Of a stretch of DNA of 64,000 nucleotides, positions 1 through 11,537 are shown piece after piece (the stretch's first letter is position 1; every line of letters begins with the position of its first letter). The DNA lies in the NCBI GenBank assembly GCA_021775755.1, contig JAJFHE010000015.1:49839-113838 (forward strand). Direction: 5' to 3'. The position numbers were made by a program, and so were the translations under genes. The DNA comes from Hyphomicrobiales bacterium. Lineage in GTDB: Bacteria > Pseudomonadota > Alphaproteobacteria > Rhizobiales > JAJFHB01. Below the pieces are notes generated by a model that saw only the letters and a list, made by a program, of their open reading frames with translations, searched no databases and was not told the origin of the DNA.

Positions 1-2755
1 CCGCGGGTTTCGGTGCGAAAACAGCGAGCAGGCGGCGGCGAATCGCACTTTGGCGGTTTTTATTGGTGATCTTGGCGCCCGTCAGATCGGTCACATAGAA
101 CACGTCGACAACACGCTCGCCGAATGTCGCGATGCGGGCGGAGCCGATATTGAGATTGAGCTCAGAAAGGGCGCGGGTCAGGTTGAAGAGCAGTCCCGAG
201 CGGTCGAGACCGTTCACCTCGACCACGGTGAACTGGTTCGACGACTCATTGTCGATCATGACCGCCGGTTCAACCTTGAAGGCACGCAGGCGTCGCTGCG
301 GTTTGTCGCGGCGGCGGACTATGTCGGCAATCCGCACCTCGCCGCTGAGGCCGGCCTCGATGGTTTCCGCAATACGCCGGGCACGTCGGGTTTCATCGCG
401 CGCCTCTGGAAATTCACGCTGCACATGGATGGTGTCGAGTGCCATGCCGTCCGTTGTCGTAAAAATCTGCGCGCCGGCGATATTGGCACCGGCGGCGGCG
501 CAGGCGCCCGTGACCAGCGCCAGGAGCTTGGGGTGGTCGGGGGCGAGAACGGTGAGTTCGGTAATTTCCGTGAACCCGTCGGTTTTGACATCGGTTCGCA
601 CCGTGTCGCCCGCGAGGGTTGCCTGCGCGATGAGGCGGGCGTGGTTCACCTGTTCGGCAGTGTCGACGCTCAACCAGTAGGGGGCGTAGTGGCGCGGCAG
701 ATAGGCGTCGATTTCCGCGTCACTCCAGTCCTCCATCGCGTAGCGGAATCGCCCTTGCGCGGCGTCGAGGCGCTGCTCGCGGGAAATCGTCACGTGACCG
801 CCGCTCAGAACAGGGGCGGTTTCATAGTAAAGCGTGCGCAGCAACTGGCCCTTCCAGCCGTTCCAGACGCCCGGGCCCACCGCCTTGATGTCTGCAACGG
901 TGAGGATCAACAGGCACTTCAGGCGTTCGGGGCCCTGCACCATGGCGGCGAAATCGAGGATCGTCTTGTAATCGTTGAGGTCGCGCATCTGGGCGAAGTC
1001 GCTCATGATGAGATGATTGCGCACGAGCCAGGCGGCGAGATCGGTTTCAGCACCCGTCAGTCCAAGTCTTGGCCCCAGATTGCGGGCGACGCGTTCGCCG
1101 GCAACGGAGTGATCTTCCTTGCGGCCCTTGGCGATGTCATGCAGCAGCATTGCCACGAAGAGGGCGCGGCGGTGCTCAAGCGTATGAATGATTTCGTTGG
1201 CGAGCGGGTGTTCTTCGGCCAGTTCGCCGCGTTCGATTTCGCTCAGAATCCCAATCGACCTCAGGAGATGCTCGTCGACGGTATAGTGGTGGTACATGTT
1301 GAACTGCATCAAAGCGACGATGCGGCCGAAGTCGAGGACGAAGCGGCCGAGCACACCGGCTTCGTTCATGCGTCGCAGGATAGCTTCCGGGTCGTTGCGC
1401 GATGTCAGGATATCCATAAACAGCCGGTTTGCTTCGCGGTCCGAGCGAACCTTGCGGTCAACCAGCTTGAGCGAGCGGGTCACCAGCTTGAGGGCGTTGG
1501 GGTGGATCGCGGCATTGTAATGGTCGGCGAGATGAAACAGGCGGATCAGGTTGACGGGATCGCGCTCGAAGACATCTTCCGACACCGTGCCGATGCGTCC
1601 CGATACGAGGTGAAAATCCTTGGTTTCAGCGATTTTGCGGGCGGCGCCGACGCGCAGCGACCGCAGGAACCGGCTGACCACGGGTGCCTTCTTGATCTGC
1701 TGTGCCTCAAGCGCCGCGCAGAATATACGTGTCAGATCTCCGACGTCCTTGGCGATGAGGAAATAGTGCTTCATGAAACGCTCGACCGGGCGCAGCCCGC
1801 CGCGCTCGACATAGCCGAGCAGGCCGGCGATTTCCGGCTGCAGGTCGAAGGAAAGCCGCTCCTCGGCACGGCCCGCAATGAAATGCAGGTGGCACCTTAC
1901 CGACCACAGAAAGTCCTCGCACTTGCGGAACTTGCGGTACTCGGAACGGGTAAACAGGCCCGCCTTGATGAGATCGCGGGCCGATTGCGTCCGGTGGCAG
2001 AACTTGGCGAGCCAGAACAGGGTCTGAAGGTCACGCAAACCGCCCTTGCCATCCTTAACGTCCGGTTCGACAAGATACCGTGACGCACCGGCGCGCAAAT
2101 GTCGTGCATCGCGCTCGGTGAGTTTGGAGGCGATGAAGTTCTGGGCGCCGTCGCGCATGATTTCGCGGTCGTAGCGCTCCGCCAGCTCATCGAACAGGCC
2201 GCGGTCGGCCCAGATGTAACGCGCTTCGAGCACCGCCGTCTGGATCGTCACATCGGCGCCGGAGAGCCGGATGCATTCACTCACGCTGCGCGTTGCATGG
2301 CCGACCTTGAAGCCGAGATCCCACAGTGCGTAGAGCACATACTCGATGACACTTTCGCCCCACGCCGTCTGCTTGTAGGGCAGGAGAAAGAGAAGATCGA
2401 TGTCGGAACCGGGCGCCAGCATACCGCGCCCGTAACCGCCGACGGCGACGATGCTGACGCGCTCGGCGGAAGACGGGTTCTGGGCGCGGTAGACATGCGT
2501 CACCGCGAAATCATAAACAACGCGAACGATGTCATCCTGCAGCTCAGACAGGGCGCGGGCACAATCGGTGCCGCGGCCATCGGTCATGAACCGCTCGGCA
2601 ATTCGGCCGCGGCCTGTGTCAATCGCGTCACGCAGCAGACCGAGCACTGCCTGGCGCAACTTCTGATCGCTGCCGCCAAGCTCGTTGTAGGCCGCCGTCA
2701 GGTCGTTGCGAAGTTGATCCGCATCGACGAACTGCGCACTCGGCTTTTCACTCAC
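1..2755 (-). CDS. glnD: [protein-PII] uridylyltransferase/uridylyl-removing enzyme (3' end runs off the window)
   Basis: Absent from the ORF track because it has no stop in the window. Minus-strand translation from GTG 2755 (GGAGA RBS upstream) gives VAVGGYGRGMLAPGSDIDL (NTase), NVKDGKGGLRDL, MQFNMYHHYTVDEHL and LLHDIAKGR (HD), and ACT motif IATFGERVVDVFYV near position 100. Confidence 0.96.
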   Translation of the reverse strand, partial: MSEKPSAQFVDADQLRNDLTAAYNELGGSDQKLRQAVLGLLRDAIDTGRGRIAERFMTDGRGTDCARALSELQDDIVRVVYDFAVTHVYRAQNPSSAERVSIVAVGGYGRGMLAPGSDIDLLFLLPYKQTAWGESVIEYVLYALWDLGFKVGHATRSVSECIRLSGADVTIQTAVLEARYIWADRGLFDELAERYDREIMRDGAQNFIASKLTERDARHLRAGASRYLVEPDVKDGKGGLRDLQTLFWLAKFCHRTQSARDLIKAGLFTRSEYRKFRKCEDFLWSVRCHLHFIAGRAEERLSFDLQPEIAGLLGYVERGGLRPVERFMKHYFLIAKDVGDLTRIFCAALEAQQIKKAPVVSRFLRSLRVGAARKIAETKDFHLVSGRIGTVSEDVFERDPVNLIRLFHLADHYNAAIHPNALKLVTRSLKLVDRKVRSDREANRLFMDILTSRNDPEAILRRMNEAGVLGRFVLDFGRIVALMQFNMYHHYTVDEHLLRSIGILSEIERGELAEEHPLANEIIHTLEHRRALFVAMLLHDIAKGRKEDHSVAGERVARNLGPRLGLTGAETDLAAWLVRNHLIMSDFAQMRDLNDYKTILDFAAMVQGPERLKCLLILTVADIKAVGPGVWNGWKGQLLRTLYYETAPVLSGGHVTISREQRLDAAQGRFRYAMEDWSDAEIDAYLPRHYAPYWLSVDTAEQVNHARLIAQATLAGDTVRTDVKTDGFTEITELTVLAPDHPKLLALVTGACAAAGANIAGAQIFTTTDGMALDTIHVQREFPEARDETRRARRIAETIEAGLSGEVRIADIVRRRDKPQRRLRAFKVEPAVMIDNESSNQFTVVEVNGLDRSGLLFNLTRALSELNLNIGSARIATFGERVVDVFYVTDLTGAKITNKNRQSAIRRRLLAVFAPKPA

Positions 2756-2841
2756 CTTGCTCTCCGGATTTTTCACTCGCGCCAACGTTATGCGATTGCC
2801 CCGGCGCATGCCACATCGCCGGACGCCGCATGGCCAAATGC

Positions 2842-5565
2842 CTATTCGCTCTCAGAGCGCAGTTTCTTCAGTTCATAGAGGAGTTCAAGCGCCTCGCGCG
2901 GTGTCAGCTCGTCGGGCAGGATTTCGGCGACCCGCTGCTCGATCACAGATGGCCCGGAATGCTGCGCCGCGGGGTTGGACGGGCGCGCGGCGGAGAACAA
3001 TGGCAGATCGTCGACGAGATCGGCGGCCGAACTACCTCTCTCGCCTTCTTCAAGCGCATGCAGGACCTCCGTCGCGCGCGCTACCACCGCGGCAGGAAGG
3101 CCTGCAAGTTTCGCCACCTGAATGCCGTAGGATCTGTCGGCGACGCCGGCCCCCACTTCGTGCAGAAAAACGACCTCGCCCTGCCACTCCTTGACCTTCA
3201 TGGTGGCATTAACGAGTTCGTCCAGTCGTTCGCCAAGTGCGGTCAGTTCGTGAAAATGGGTCGCGAAGAGAGCCCGTGACGTGTTGAGGTCATGCAGGTG
3301 TTCAACGCAGGCCCAGGCGATGGAAAGGCCGTCGAATGTTGCGGTGCCGCGGCCGATTTCGTCGAGAATGACCAGTGAACGGGGCCCTGCCTGATTGAGA
3401 ATAGTCGCGGTTTCCACCATTTCGACCATGAAAGTGGAGCGCCCGCGCGCCAGATCGTCGGCGGCGCCAACGCGGCTGAACAGACGGTCGACCACACCGA
3501 TGTGCGCAGCCTTCGCCGGCACGTAAGAGCCCATCTGCGCCATGATGGCAATGAGCGCATTCTGGCGTAAAAAGGTCGATTTACCGGCCATGTTGGGGCC
3601 GGTGAGGAGCCATAGCCGGCCCGACAACCCGCCCCCCGGGGCATCATCAGAGGCCGGCGTCAAAGCGCAATCGTTGGGCATGAAATCGCCCTCTCCGCCT
3701 GCCCGAAGCGCGCGCTCGACAACCGGGTGGCGCCCGCCCTTGATATCGAACGCCAAAGTCGCATCGACATCGGGGCGGGTGTAACGCTCCGTTTCCGCCA
3801 GCTCGCCAAGCGCCGTTACCGTATCGAGCGTGGCGAGGCCGTCGGCGATGCGGGCGATTGCGGGAGCGCACTCAGACACTGCAATGCAGAGTTCTGAAAA
3901 GAGCCCGAGCTCGAGCGCCACGGCACGCTCGCCGGCCCTTGAGATACGCGCTTCGAGTTCGCCAAGCTCCGTCGTCGTAAACCGCATGGCATTGGCCATG
4001 GTCTGGCGGTGAATGAAGGTTTCGTTGAGCGGAGCCGACATCAGCCGTTCGCCGTGCTGGGCCGTTACCTCGACGAAGAACCCGAGCACGTTGTTGTGCT
4101 TGACCTTGAGCGCCTTGACGCCAGAAGCTTCCGCATATTTGCCCTGCAGCCCGGCGATGACCTTGCGGCTTTGATCACGCAGCAGCCGGTGTTCGTCCAG
4201 TTCCGGCAGAACGCCTGCACGGATGAAGCCGCCATCGCGCGCAAGCAGCGGGAGTTCATCATCGAGCACTTCCGTGAGCCGCGCAGACAAACCAGCATCG
4301 TCGCTCGAGAGGTCTGATGCAGTTTCCTCGACAAGCGCCGGCGTGCCGACGAGTGCGTGATTGCGCGCCAGTTCGGCGGCGGCTTCGCGGGCCCGCTCGA
4401 TACCGTGGCCGATGGCGGCGAGATCGCGCGGCCCGCCGCGCACGACACTAACGCGCGCCAGGGCCCGGCCGAGATCGGGGGCGCGGCGCAGCAGGTCGCG
4501 CAATCCGCGGCGCAAATCGCGCAGCTCCAGCAAAAAACCGATGGCGTCGAGCCTGGCGGTGATGCGGCCGGGGTCGGTCAAGGGCGCGGCAAGCCAGCCG
4601 CTAAGGCACCTTGACCCCGCGCCTGTGACCGTGCGGTCGATAACGGCAAGCAGACTGCCGCCGGGGTCGCCCTGCAGGGTGCGGGTCAGTTCGAGATTGG
4701 CCCGCGTAGCCGCATCGATCAGCATGGCGGCATCGCGGCGCTCAAGCCGCGGTGCCTTGAACGCCGGCAGCGTGCCGACCTGGGTCAGCAGGACATAGTC
4801 GACAAGAGCGCCGAGCGCTGCACATTCGGCGCGTCCGAATTCACCGAATGCCTCCAGTGCCGCAACGCCGAAATGCTGCTTGATGCGGCGCTCGCCGGCG
4901 GCGCTGTCGAAGCGTGCCGCGGGCAAGGGCGAGACGGCGCCCGCACATTCGCGCCACAGATCGCGCAAGGCGTCGTCCTCGAACATGCTTTCCGGTACGA
5001 TGATTTCGCTTGGTTCAAGGCGTGCAATTTCGGCTGCGAGCGCGCCGGGCACGGTTGCCGCCACCTGGAGATCGCCGGTTGAGATATCCGCCCAGGCGAT
5101 GGCGCAGGCGTCCTGGACACGGGCACGGGCGACCGCCAGTACATAGTTGTGGCGGCGGGCGTCGAGCAGAGTGTCTTCTGTCAATGTGCCCGGCGTGACG
5201 AGCCGCACGACGTCGCGTTTTACAACCGATTTCGAGCCGCGCTTCTTGGCTTCGGACGGATCTTCGGTTTGCTCGCATACCGCAACCCGGTGCCCGGCGC
5301 GGATAAGGCGCTGCAGATACTCGTCGGCGGCATGAACCGGCACGCCGCACATTGGAATATCCTCACCCAGATGCTTGCCGCGTTTTGTCAATGTGATGCC
5401 AAGCGTTTCGGACGCTTTTACGGCGTCATCGAAGAACAGCTCGTAGAAATCGCCCATGCGGTAGAACAGAAGACAGTCCGCGTGCGCCTCCTTGATTGCG
5501 AGGAACTGCGCCATCATCGGCGTGGCGCCGGTGGTATCGGCGCTGGGTGGGGCGTGAGTGTTCAT
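2842..5565 (-). CDS. mutS: DNA mismatch repair protein MutS
   Basis: [20 protein letters not shown], Walker [25 protein letters not shown]. Start placed at ATG 5565 (MNTHAPP); track ORF extends to 5628. Confidence 0.97.
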   Translation of the reverse strand: MNTHAPPSADTTGATPMMAQFLAIKEAHADCLLFYRMGDFYELFFDDAVKASETLGITLTKRGKHLGEDIPMCGVPVHAADEYLQRLIRAGHRVAVCEQTEDPSEAKKRGSKSVVKRDVVRLVTPGTLTEDTLLDARRHNYVLAVARARVQDACAIAWADISTGDLQVAATVPGALAAEIARLEPSEIIVPESMFEDDALRDLWRECAGAVSPLPAARFDSAAGERRIKQHFGVAALEAFGEFGRAECAALGALVDYVLLTQVGTLPAFKAPRLERRDAAMLIDAATRANLELTRTLQGDPGGSLLAVIDRTVTGAGSRCLSGWLAAPLTDPGRITARLDAIGFLLELRDLRRGLRDLLRRAPDLGRALARVSVVRGGPRDLAAIGHGIERAREAAAELARNHALVGTPALVEETASDLSSDDAGLSARLTEVLDDELPLLARDGGFIRAGVLPELDEHRLLRDQSRKVIAGLQGKYAEASGVKALKVKHNNVLGFFVEVTAQHGERLMSAPLNETFIHRQTMANAMRFTTTELGELEARISRAGERAVALELGLFSELCIAVSECAPAIARIADGLATLDTVTALGELAETERYTRPDVDATLAFDIKGGRHPVVERALRAGGEGDFMPNDCALTPASDDAPGGGLSGRLWLLTGPNMAGKSTFLRQNALIAIMAQMGSYVPAKAAHIGVVDRLFSRVGAADDLARGRSTFMVEMVETATILNQAGPRSLVILDEIGRGTATFDGLSIAWACVEHLHDLNTSRALFATHFHELTALGERLDELVNATMKVKEWQGEVVFLHEVGAGVADRSYGIQVAKLAGLPAAVVARATEVLHALEEGERGSSAADLVDDLPLFSAARPSNPAAQHSGPSVIEQRVAEILPDELTPREALELLYELKKLRSESE

Positions 5566-5806
5566 CGCCGCGAGCGTCTCATCGGCTTCGTATTCGGACG
5601 TTGCGAGGACATCTGGCAAGAGTAGCAAAATTTTCCGTCGGCCCAGCGTTCATGTCCGGGTTTTCAACACCAAACGCGACTATATGCCGAGCGATGCGAT
5701 CGCACTGTCGGCTTGTGATCGCACAGCCATCTGACTATGGTGCGTTTCAATCCGCTTGCCCGCAAGCGGGCTTCTCCCTCCTGACATACAGCAAAGACGA
5801 CGACAC

Positions 5807-8092
5807 ATGCCGACCCTTTTCGACTCGCCCGACCAGAAGCGCGTGCAGTTTACCGAGCAGGAAGCGCTGCAGTTTCATCAGCAAGGCAAACCCGGCAAGC
5901 TTGAGGTCAAGCCGACCATACCCATGGCGACGCAGCGCGATCTGAGCCTCGCCTATTCTCCAGGCGTCGCGGTGCCGGTGCGCGTGATCGCCGAACAACC
6001 CGAGACGGCCTACGACTACACCAACAAGGGAAACATGGTCGCGGTGGTGTCGAACGGTACCGCAATTCTCGGCCTTGGCAACCTCGGCGCGCTGGCCTCA
6101 AAACCTGTGATGGAGGGCAAGGGCGCGCTGTTCAAGCGGTTCGCCGATGTCGACGCAATCGATCTGGAAGTCGAAACCGAGGACGTCGAAGCCTTCATCA
6201 ATTGCGTACGCTATCTCGGGCCCGCCTTCGGCGGCATCAATCTGGAAGACATCAAGGCGCCTGACTGTTTCATCATCGAGCAACGGCTGCGCGAAGAGAT
6301 GGACATTCCGGTGTTTCACGACGATCAGCACGGCACGGTCATCATCGCCGCCGCCGGCCTGATCAACGCGCTGGCGCTCACCGGCCGCAAGCTTGAGGAC
6401 ATCAAGCTCGTGTGCAATGGCGCGGGCGCTGCAGGCATCGCCTGTCTTGAACTTATCAAGGCCATGGGCATGAAGCCGGACAACGCAATTTTGTGCGACA
6501 GCAAGGGGGTCATTTACAAAGGCCGCGAAGAAGGCATGAACCAGTGGAAATCGGCGCATGCGGTAGACACCGACACGCGCACGCTGGCTGAAGCCGTCAA
6601 GGGAGCGGACGTATTTTTCGGAGTGTCGGTCAAGGGCGCGCTGACCCAGGACATGGTACGCGACATGGCGGACGATCCGATCATTTTCGCCATGGCCAAC
6701 CCGGATCCGGAGATCACGCCGGAAGAGGTCGCGGAAGTCCGCGACGATGCGATCATGGCGACGGGGCGGTCCGACTATCCCAACCAGATCAACAATGTGC
6801 TTGGATTTCCTTATATTTTCCGTGGCGCGCTCGATGTGCGCGCCCGCACCATTAACGAGCCGATGAAGATTGCCGCGGCCGAGGCACTGGCATCGTTGGC
6901 GCGCGAAGAAGTGCCCGACGAAGTCGCTGCCGCTTACCACGGCAGACGCCCTTCCTACGGCAAGAACTATCTGATACCGGTGCCGTTCGACCCGCGTCTG
7001 ATCTCAGCGGTGCCGACGGCGGTTGCCAAGGCGGCAATGGATTCCGGCGTCGCCGGGCGCGACATCGTCGATCTTGAAACCTACTCGGCGGAGCTTTCGG
7101 CCCGCCTCGACCCGATTGCGGCGTCGCTGCAGAATATTTTCAATCAGGTCCGCCACTCGCCAAAAACCGTGGTGTTCGCGGAAGGCGAGGAAGACCGCGT
7201 TATGCGCGCCGCCAACGCCTATGCCAACGGCCAGCTCGGATCGGCAATTCTGGTGGCACGCAACTCGGAAATCGAAGAAACGATCCGCGCCAGCGGGCTG
7301 GAAATGAACCCGGCCGTATCGATCCACAACGCGCGACTGTCGGACCGCAACGCGGAATATGCGCAGTTTCTTTACGAACGCCTGAAACGGCGCGGCTATC
7401 TGTTCCGCGACTGCCAGAGGCTCGTCAACAACGACCGCAACATATTTGCCGCCTGCATGGTGGCGATGGGCGATGCGGATGCCATGATCACCGGCATCAC
7501 ACGCAATTATTCGGTGGCGCTGGCCGATGTAATGCGCGTCGTCGACCCGCAACCCGGTCACCGGGTGATCGGCGTTTCCATGGCGATCTGCCAGGGCCGC
7601 ACGGTGTTCATCGCGGACACGGCGATCAACGAGCAGCCAAGCCCCGAGGTTCTTGCCGATACGGCGGAACAGGCGGCGGGTGTGGCGCGGCGCTTTGGGT
7701 ACGAGCCACGTGTCGCGATGCTTGCCTATTCAACCTTCGGACATCCCGGCGGCGAACGGGCGCAGAGAATTCGCGACGCGGTGGAGATCCTCGATCAACG
7801 CAGTATCGATTTTGAGTATGAAGGTGAAATGGCGGCCGACATTGCCCTCAATGCCAATGCGATGTCGGCTTATCCGTTTGCCCGCCTCAGCGGGCCGGCG
7901 AACGTTCTGATCATGCCCGGGTTCGACAGTGCCAGTATTGCCACTAAAATGCTGCAGGAACTGGGTGACGTGACCGTGGTTGGCCCGCTGCTTGTGGGGC
8001 TTGGCGACTCGGTGCAGATCGTAAGCCTCAATGCCACGGCTTCCGATCTCGTCAACATGGCTGCGATCGCCGCCTACAACATCAACAACTGA
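5807..8092 (+). CDS. maeB: NADP-dependent malic enzyme with C-terminal phosphotransacetylase-like domain
   Basis: LSLAYSPGVA, KPVMEGK, INLEDI, FHDDQHGT, ATGRSDYPNQINNVLGFP; PTA-like half starts at VVFAEGEE. ATG at 5807. Confidence 0.93.
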   Translation: MPTLFDSPDQKRVQFTEQEALQFHQQGKPGKLEVKPTIPMATQRDLSLAYSPGVAVPVRVIAEQPETAYDYTNKGNMVAVVSNGTAILGLGNLGALASKPVMEGKGALFKRFADVDAIDLEVETEDVEAFINCVRYLGPAFGGINLEDIKAPDCFIIEQRLREEMDIPVFHDDQHGTVIIAAAGLINALALTGRKLEDIKLVCNGAGAAGIACLELIKAMGMKPDNAILCDSKGVIYKGREEGMNQWKSAHAVDTDTRTLAEAVKGADVFFGVSVKGALTQDMVRDMADDPIIFAMANPDPEITPEEVAEVRDDAIMATGRSDYPNQINNVLGFPYIFRGALDVRARTINEPMKIAAAEALASLAREEVPDEVAAAYHGRRPSYGKNYLIPVPFDPRLISAVPTAVAKAAMDSGVAGRDIVDLETYSAELSARLDPIAASLQNIFNQVRHSPKTVVFAEGEEDRVMRAANAYANGQLGSAILVARNSEIEETIRASGLEMNPAVSIHNARLSDRNAEYAQFLYERLKRRGYLFRDCQRLVNNDRNIFAACMVAMGDADAMITGITRNYSVALADVMRVVDPQPGHRVIGVSMAICQGRTVFIADTAINEQPSPEVLADTAEQAAGVARRFGYEPRVAMLAYSTFGHPGGERAQRIRDAVEILDQRSIDFEYEGEMAADIALNANAMSAYPFARLSGPANVLIMPGFDSASIATKMLQELGDVTVVGPLLVGLGDSVQIVSLNATASDLVNMAAIAAYNINN

Positions 8093-8114
8093 CGACAAAA
8101 TTCGGCGTAGCGAA

Positions 8115-8136
8115 CGGGAGCGGCTTTCAGCTCCCG
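8115..8136. terminator. Short hairpin between convergent maeB and olsB
   Basis: CGGGAGC-N8-GCTCCCG overlapping the olsB stop; no long U-tract. Confidence 0.35.
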
Positions 8137-9041
8137 ACCGTTTCGCGCTGCGCCGCTTCGGGCGATCCGAAATGAGAGAAATAGCGCTGGTTGATGGCGC
8201 TCACCGGAAGCACGATCAGTATATCGATGGTGCCGAACTGGTCGTCGATTACGGCGCCGTCGCCGAGATAGGCGCCGAGCCGCAGATAGCCCTTTATCAG
8301 CGGCGGCAGCGCCCGCATGGTTTCGCGCTGGTTGAGTTCTTCAATCGGCATGCGGTTCATGTCGACATAGCGTTCGGGCAAGGCTGAAATCCGCCATTGC
8401 GGCGGTGCCTTGAAATTGTGGTGCAGGAAGCTCAATTCGCGCGCCAGAGCGTCCGGGTCCGTACCTTCCAGCGACGCGCAACCGAGCATCACATCGAGCC
8501 GGTGAATGCGCACATAATTCCAGATGCCCTGCCACAAGAGCTCAATGACCGGCTTGGTGCGAAACGGCGCGAGCACGCAGGAGCGGCCCAGCTCGAGAAA
8601 GTTCAGGTCATCACCGTGGGCTTCGAGCACCGGCGCAATATTGTACTCATCGGCGGTGTAGAAACCCTGGTGGCGTTCCGCCACACTCTGGCGCAGCAGC
8701 CGGTAGGTGCCGACCACTTCGCCGTCGGCAGCCATGATCGGGTCTGTTTCTCCCGACAAACCCGGCTTGGCAATGACCATGAGATGGTCGCAGATATCGT
8801 CGAAAGCATCGAAGTCGCGGCGCAGGCTGCGCATGCGCTCATCCGGCCGGGCACTCATTTCTTCGTAGAAAACACGGTAGCGCAGCGCCTGCGACGCCTC
8901 AATGTCACGCTCGCCATCGCCGAGGCGAACAATCTGATCGCCTTTGCGCCCAAGTTCCGTGCCGGGGGGAATGACCACTTCACCGCCCGGCGTCTGAAAC
9001 CGTTCGACATTCGACAGGGAACCGAGGTCTCGCACAGTCAT
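8127..9041 (-). CDS. olsB: L-ornithine N-alpha-acyltransferase (ornithine lipid synthesis, GNAT family)
   Basis: QALRYRVFYEEM, DFDAFDDICDHL, VVGTYRLL, LELGRSCV, LPPLIKGYLRLGA. Confidence 0.85.
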   Translation of the reverse strand: MTVRDLGSLSNVERFQTPGGEVVIPPGTELGRKGDQIVRLGDGERDIEASQALRYRVFYEEMSARPDERMRSLRRDFDAFDDICDHLMVIAKPGLSGETDPIMAADGEVVGTYRLLRQSVAERHQGFYTADEYNIAPVLEAHGDDLNFLELGRSCVLAPFRTKPVIELLWQGIWNYVRIHRLDVMLGCASLEGTDPDALARELSFLHHNFKAPPQWRISALPERYVDMNRMPIEELNQRETMRALPPLIKGYLRLGAYLGDGAVIDDQFGTIDILIVLPVSAINQRYFSHFGSPEAAQRETVGS

Positions 9042-9236
9042 CGCTGCAGTTTCTCCGAATCGATCCCGTACTTATTCAACAGGGGCCCCGTCCGTGCCGT
9101 GCACGATTGTGAGGGGATGAACGTGAAGAAACGCCGTTCAGCCGTTATCATTCCGGTAGCGCCACAATGTCATAAACAGCAGACATGTTAAAGGGCGATG
9201 ACGCTCGCCGGGCCGAGGCAGCGATGGTGTCTCCGG

Positions 9237-11537
9237 TCACGCAGCGCGTCTTGCGGCGCGGCGGGTGGACCCTTTGAGGATCTTCTCAAGATCGTGCCGG
9301 TCGAAGGGCTTTGTCAGATAATCCTGCATGCCGGCGGCACGGCAGCAGTTTTCATGTTCTTTCATGATGTTGGCCGTCAGGGCAACGATCGGCAGCGAAC
9401 GGCACGGTTTCGGTGCGGCCGCCAGCAGCTTGCGGATATGCCTTGACGCTTCCAGACCGTCCATTTCGGGCATCTGCATGTCCATCAACACGAGATCGAC
9501 GGAGAACCCTTGGGCCTGGTTCGCACGATAGGCCTTAAGGCATGAGCGTACGTGATCGACCGCCTGCGCGCCGTTATGCACATGGGTGACGGAATGGCCG
9601 AGACGGCGCAGCAGAGCGCTTGCCAGCATGGCGTTTATGTCATTGTCCTCGGCCAGCAAAATGTTCAGCGCGCCGCAGGACTTTGCGTGCCCCGCGGGCA
9701 AGCTGTCTTCCGTTCCGGCTTCCGCGTACTCATCGGTGCCAGCAGGTGTTCCGGCGAGCAGATTGAGAAGCGATGCGCGGCGCACAGGGTCGACCAGATA
9801 ACCTTCAAAACTTGCCAGCTCGCCCGTGCGAAGCTCGCGGCGCTGGGCCGGCGTGATGACAACGATGTTGCGGGCATCCTGGAACGGCCAGGCGGTGCGT
9901 TTGCGCCGGCGCGCCTGAGCCCGCCAGCCAGCAAGGTCCCAAAGGGCTATGGCGGGTGCGCCGGCGACGGTGGCTTCGCCTTGCGTGTCGATGGTTGCAC
10001 CGAGGCGCTCCATGTAACGGGCCAGCACGCCGAGCGCCAGGCCTTCGCTTCGCGCAATCCAAATGCGTTTTGCCGCCAACTCATCGCCGTTCGCGGCGGC
10101 GCGCTTGCTGCGTCCGGCCCAGTTGAGGTCGATTTCAAACGAAAAACAGGTGCCACGTCCCGGTTCCGTGTCAATCGCGAGTGTGCCTTTCATCAGTTCG
10201 ATGAGGCGTTTTGAAATGGAAAGGCCAAGGCCGGTACCGCCGTATTTCCGAGACAGGGTAGAATCGGCCTGACGGAACTCTTCGAAGACGCGCTCGACGT
10301 GCTGCGGCGACATGCCGATGCCGGTATCCGACACGGAAATGCGCAGGCGTTTGAGGCGGCGGCTGCGTTTTTTTCGCGCCGTGGCCGGCGGGAGCGCCAC
10401 TTCCTCTACTGCCACCTCCACTTCACCCGCTTCGGTGAATTTAATGGCGTTGCCGACCAGATTGAGGAGGATCTGGCGCAGCCTTTGAACATCGCCATGG
10501 AACTCGCAAGGCAGAGCCGGGTCGACGAAACAGCCAATGGCAACGTTTTTGGTGTGGGCGCGCGGCGCCATCAGTTCCACTACCCCTTCGACCAGCGGGG
10601 CAAATTCGAAGCGTTCCGTTTCCAGTTCGAGCTTTCCGGCCTCGATCTTGGAAAAATCGAGGATCTCGTCGATCATCGACAGAAGCGACTTGCCGGAGGC
10701 CTGGATCGTCCGTGCATAGGCCTGCTGTTCCTTCGTCAGCCGCGTGTCGACGAGCAGGTCCGCCATTCCGATAACCCCGTTCATGGGCGTGCGGATTTCA
10801 TGGCTCATGGTGGCGAGAAAGCGTGATTTGGCGCGGTTGGCGGTTTCCGCCTGATCGCGCGCACCGGCGAGTTCGACATGCGCCTGTTTCTGTTCGGTGA
10901 TATCCCGGCCGACGGTCTGTACTTCCACGACGGCTCCGTCCGAGGTGCAAATGGCAAAATCTTCCCACAAGAACCAGCGCGGGCCCGTTGCCGTCTGCAC
11001 GCGCTGTTCGTAGCGCAGCCGCGCGGGAGAGGGGTTCTTCGATGCAAAGAAGTCAGCCCCCCGGCCAGCGCCTTCAAGAACGTCGGGCTCGAACGAGCCG
11101 CCGGTCGCGGTATCTGGATCGACGCCGAATGCGTCGCCGAACGCGCCGTTCACGAACGACAGCGTGCCATCGGGCCGACGGCGCAGGATAACATCGCCCT
11201 GACTTTCCACGAGACCGCGGTAGCGCGCCTCGCTTTCTGCAAGTTTTGCGGTCTGGATGTTGAGTTCGACGACCTTGCGGCGCGTTTCCGTCCACGCCCG
11301 CAAGGCCGCGGCCATAGCAAGCATGGCAAGCGCCATGACCAGTTCGGCGTGGATCGACAGCGCGCGGATATCCAGCACCAGCGGAATAATCAGGAGCAGC
11401 ACGGCAAGCGTTGTGATGACAATAACCGCGGTTGAGGCAAGGCGCTGAAAACTAACGTCGCTCAATCCCGCGGGCAGGGCCGGGGCATTCTGTTCCGCCT
11501 GTTCCGCGCCCGGTTTGCCGATATCGTGGCTCGACAT
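9237..11537 (-). CDS. Membrane hybrid sensor histidine kinase (2 TM, PAS, HisKA, HATPase, pseudo-receiver, receiver)
   Basis: H-box FLATMSHEIRTPMNG, N-box NLVGNAIKFT, DTGIG, GGTGLGL; C-terminal REC ILLAEDN...DLVLMDMQMPEMDG...KP. Confidence 0.93.
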   Translation of the reverse strand: MSSHDIGKPGAEQAEQNAPALPAGLSDVSFQRLASTAVIVITTLAVLLLIIPLVLDIRALSIHAELVMALAMLAMAAALRAWTETRRKVVELNIQTAKLAESEARYRGLVESQGDVILRRRPDGTLSFVNGAFGDAFGVDPDTATGGSFEPDVLEGAGRGADFFASKNPSPARLRYEQRVQTATGPRWFLWEDFAICTSDGAVVEVQTVGRDITEQKQAHVELAGARDQAETANRAKSRFLATMSHEIRTPMNGVIGMADLLVDTRLTKEQQAYARTIQASGKSLLSMIDEILDFSKIEAGKLELETERFEFAPLVEGVVELMAPRAHTKNVAIGCFVDPALPCEFHGDVQRLRQILLNLVGNAIKFTEAGEVEVAVEEVALPPATARKKRSRRLKRLRISVSDTGIGMSPQHVERVFEEFRQADSTLSRKYGGTGLGLSISKRLIELMKGTLAIDTEPGRGTCFSFEIDLNWAGRSKRAAANGDELAAKRIWIARSEGLALGVLARYMERLGATIDTQGEATVAGAPAIALWDLAGWRAQARRRKRTAWPFQDARNIVVITPAQRRELRTGELASFEGYLVDPVRRASLLNLLAGTPAGTDEYAEAGTEDSLPAGHAKSCGALNILLAEDNDINAMLASALLRRLGHSVTHVHNGAQAVDHVRSCLKAYRANQAQGFSVDLVLMDMQMPEMDGLEASRHIRKLLAAAPKPCRSLPIVALTANIMKEHENCCRAAGMQDYLTKPFDRHDLEKILKGSTRRAARRAA

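Noticed and set aside
50-2878. Long plus-strand ORFs (677 aa and 259 aa)
   Set aside because: Codon-register antisense shadows of glnD on the minus strand; no recognisable motifs.
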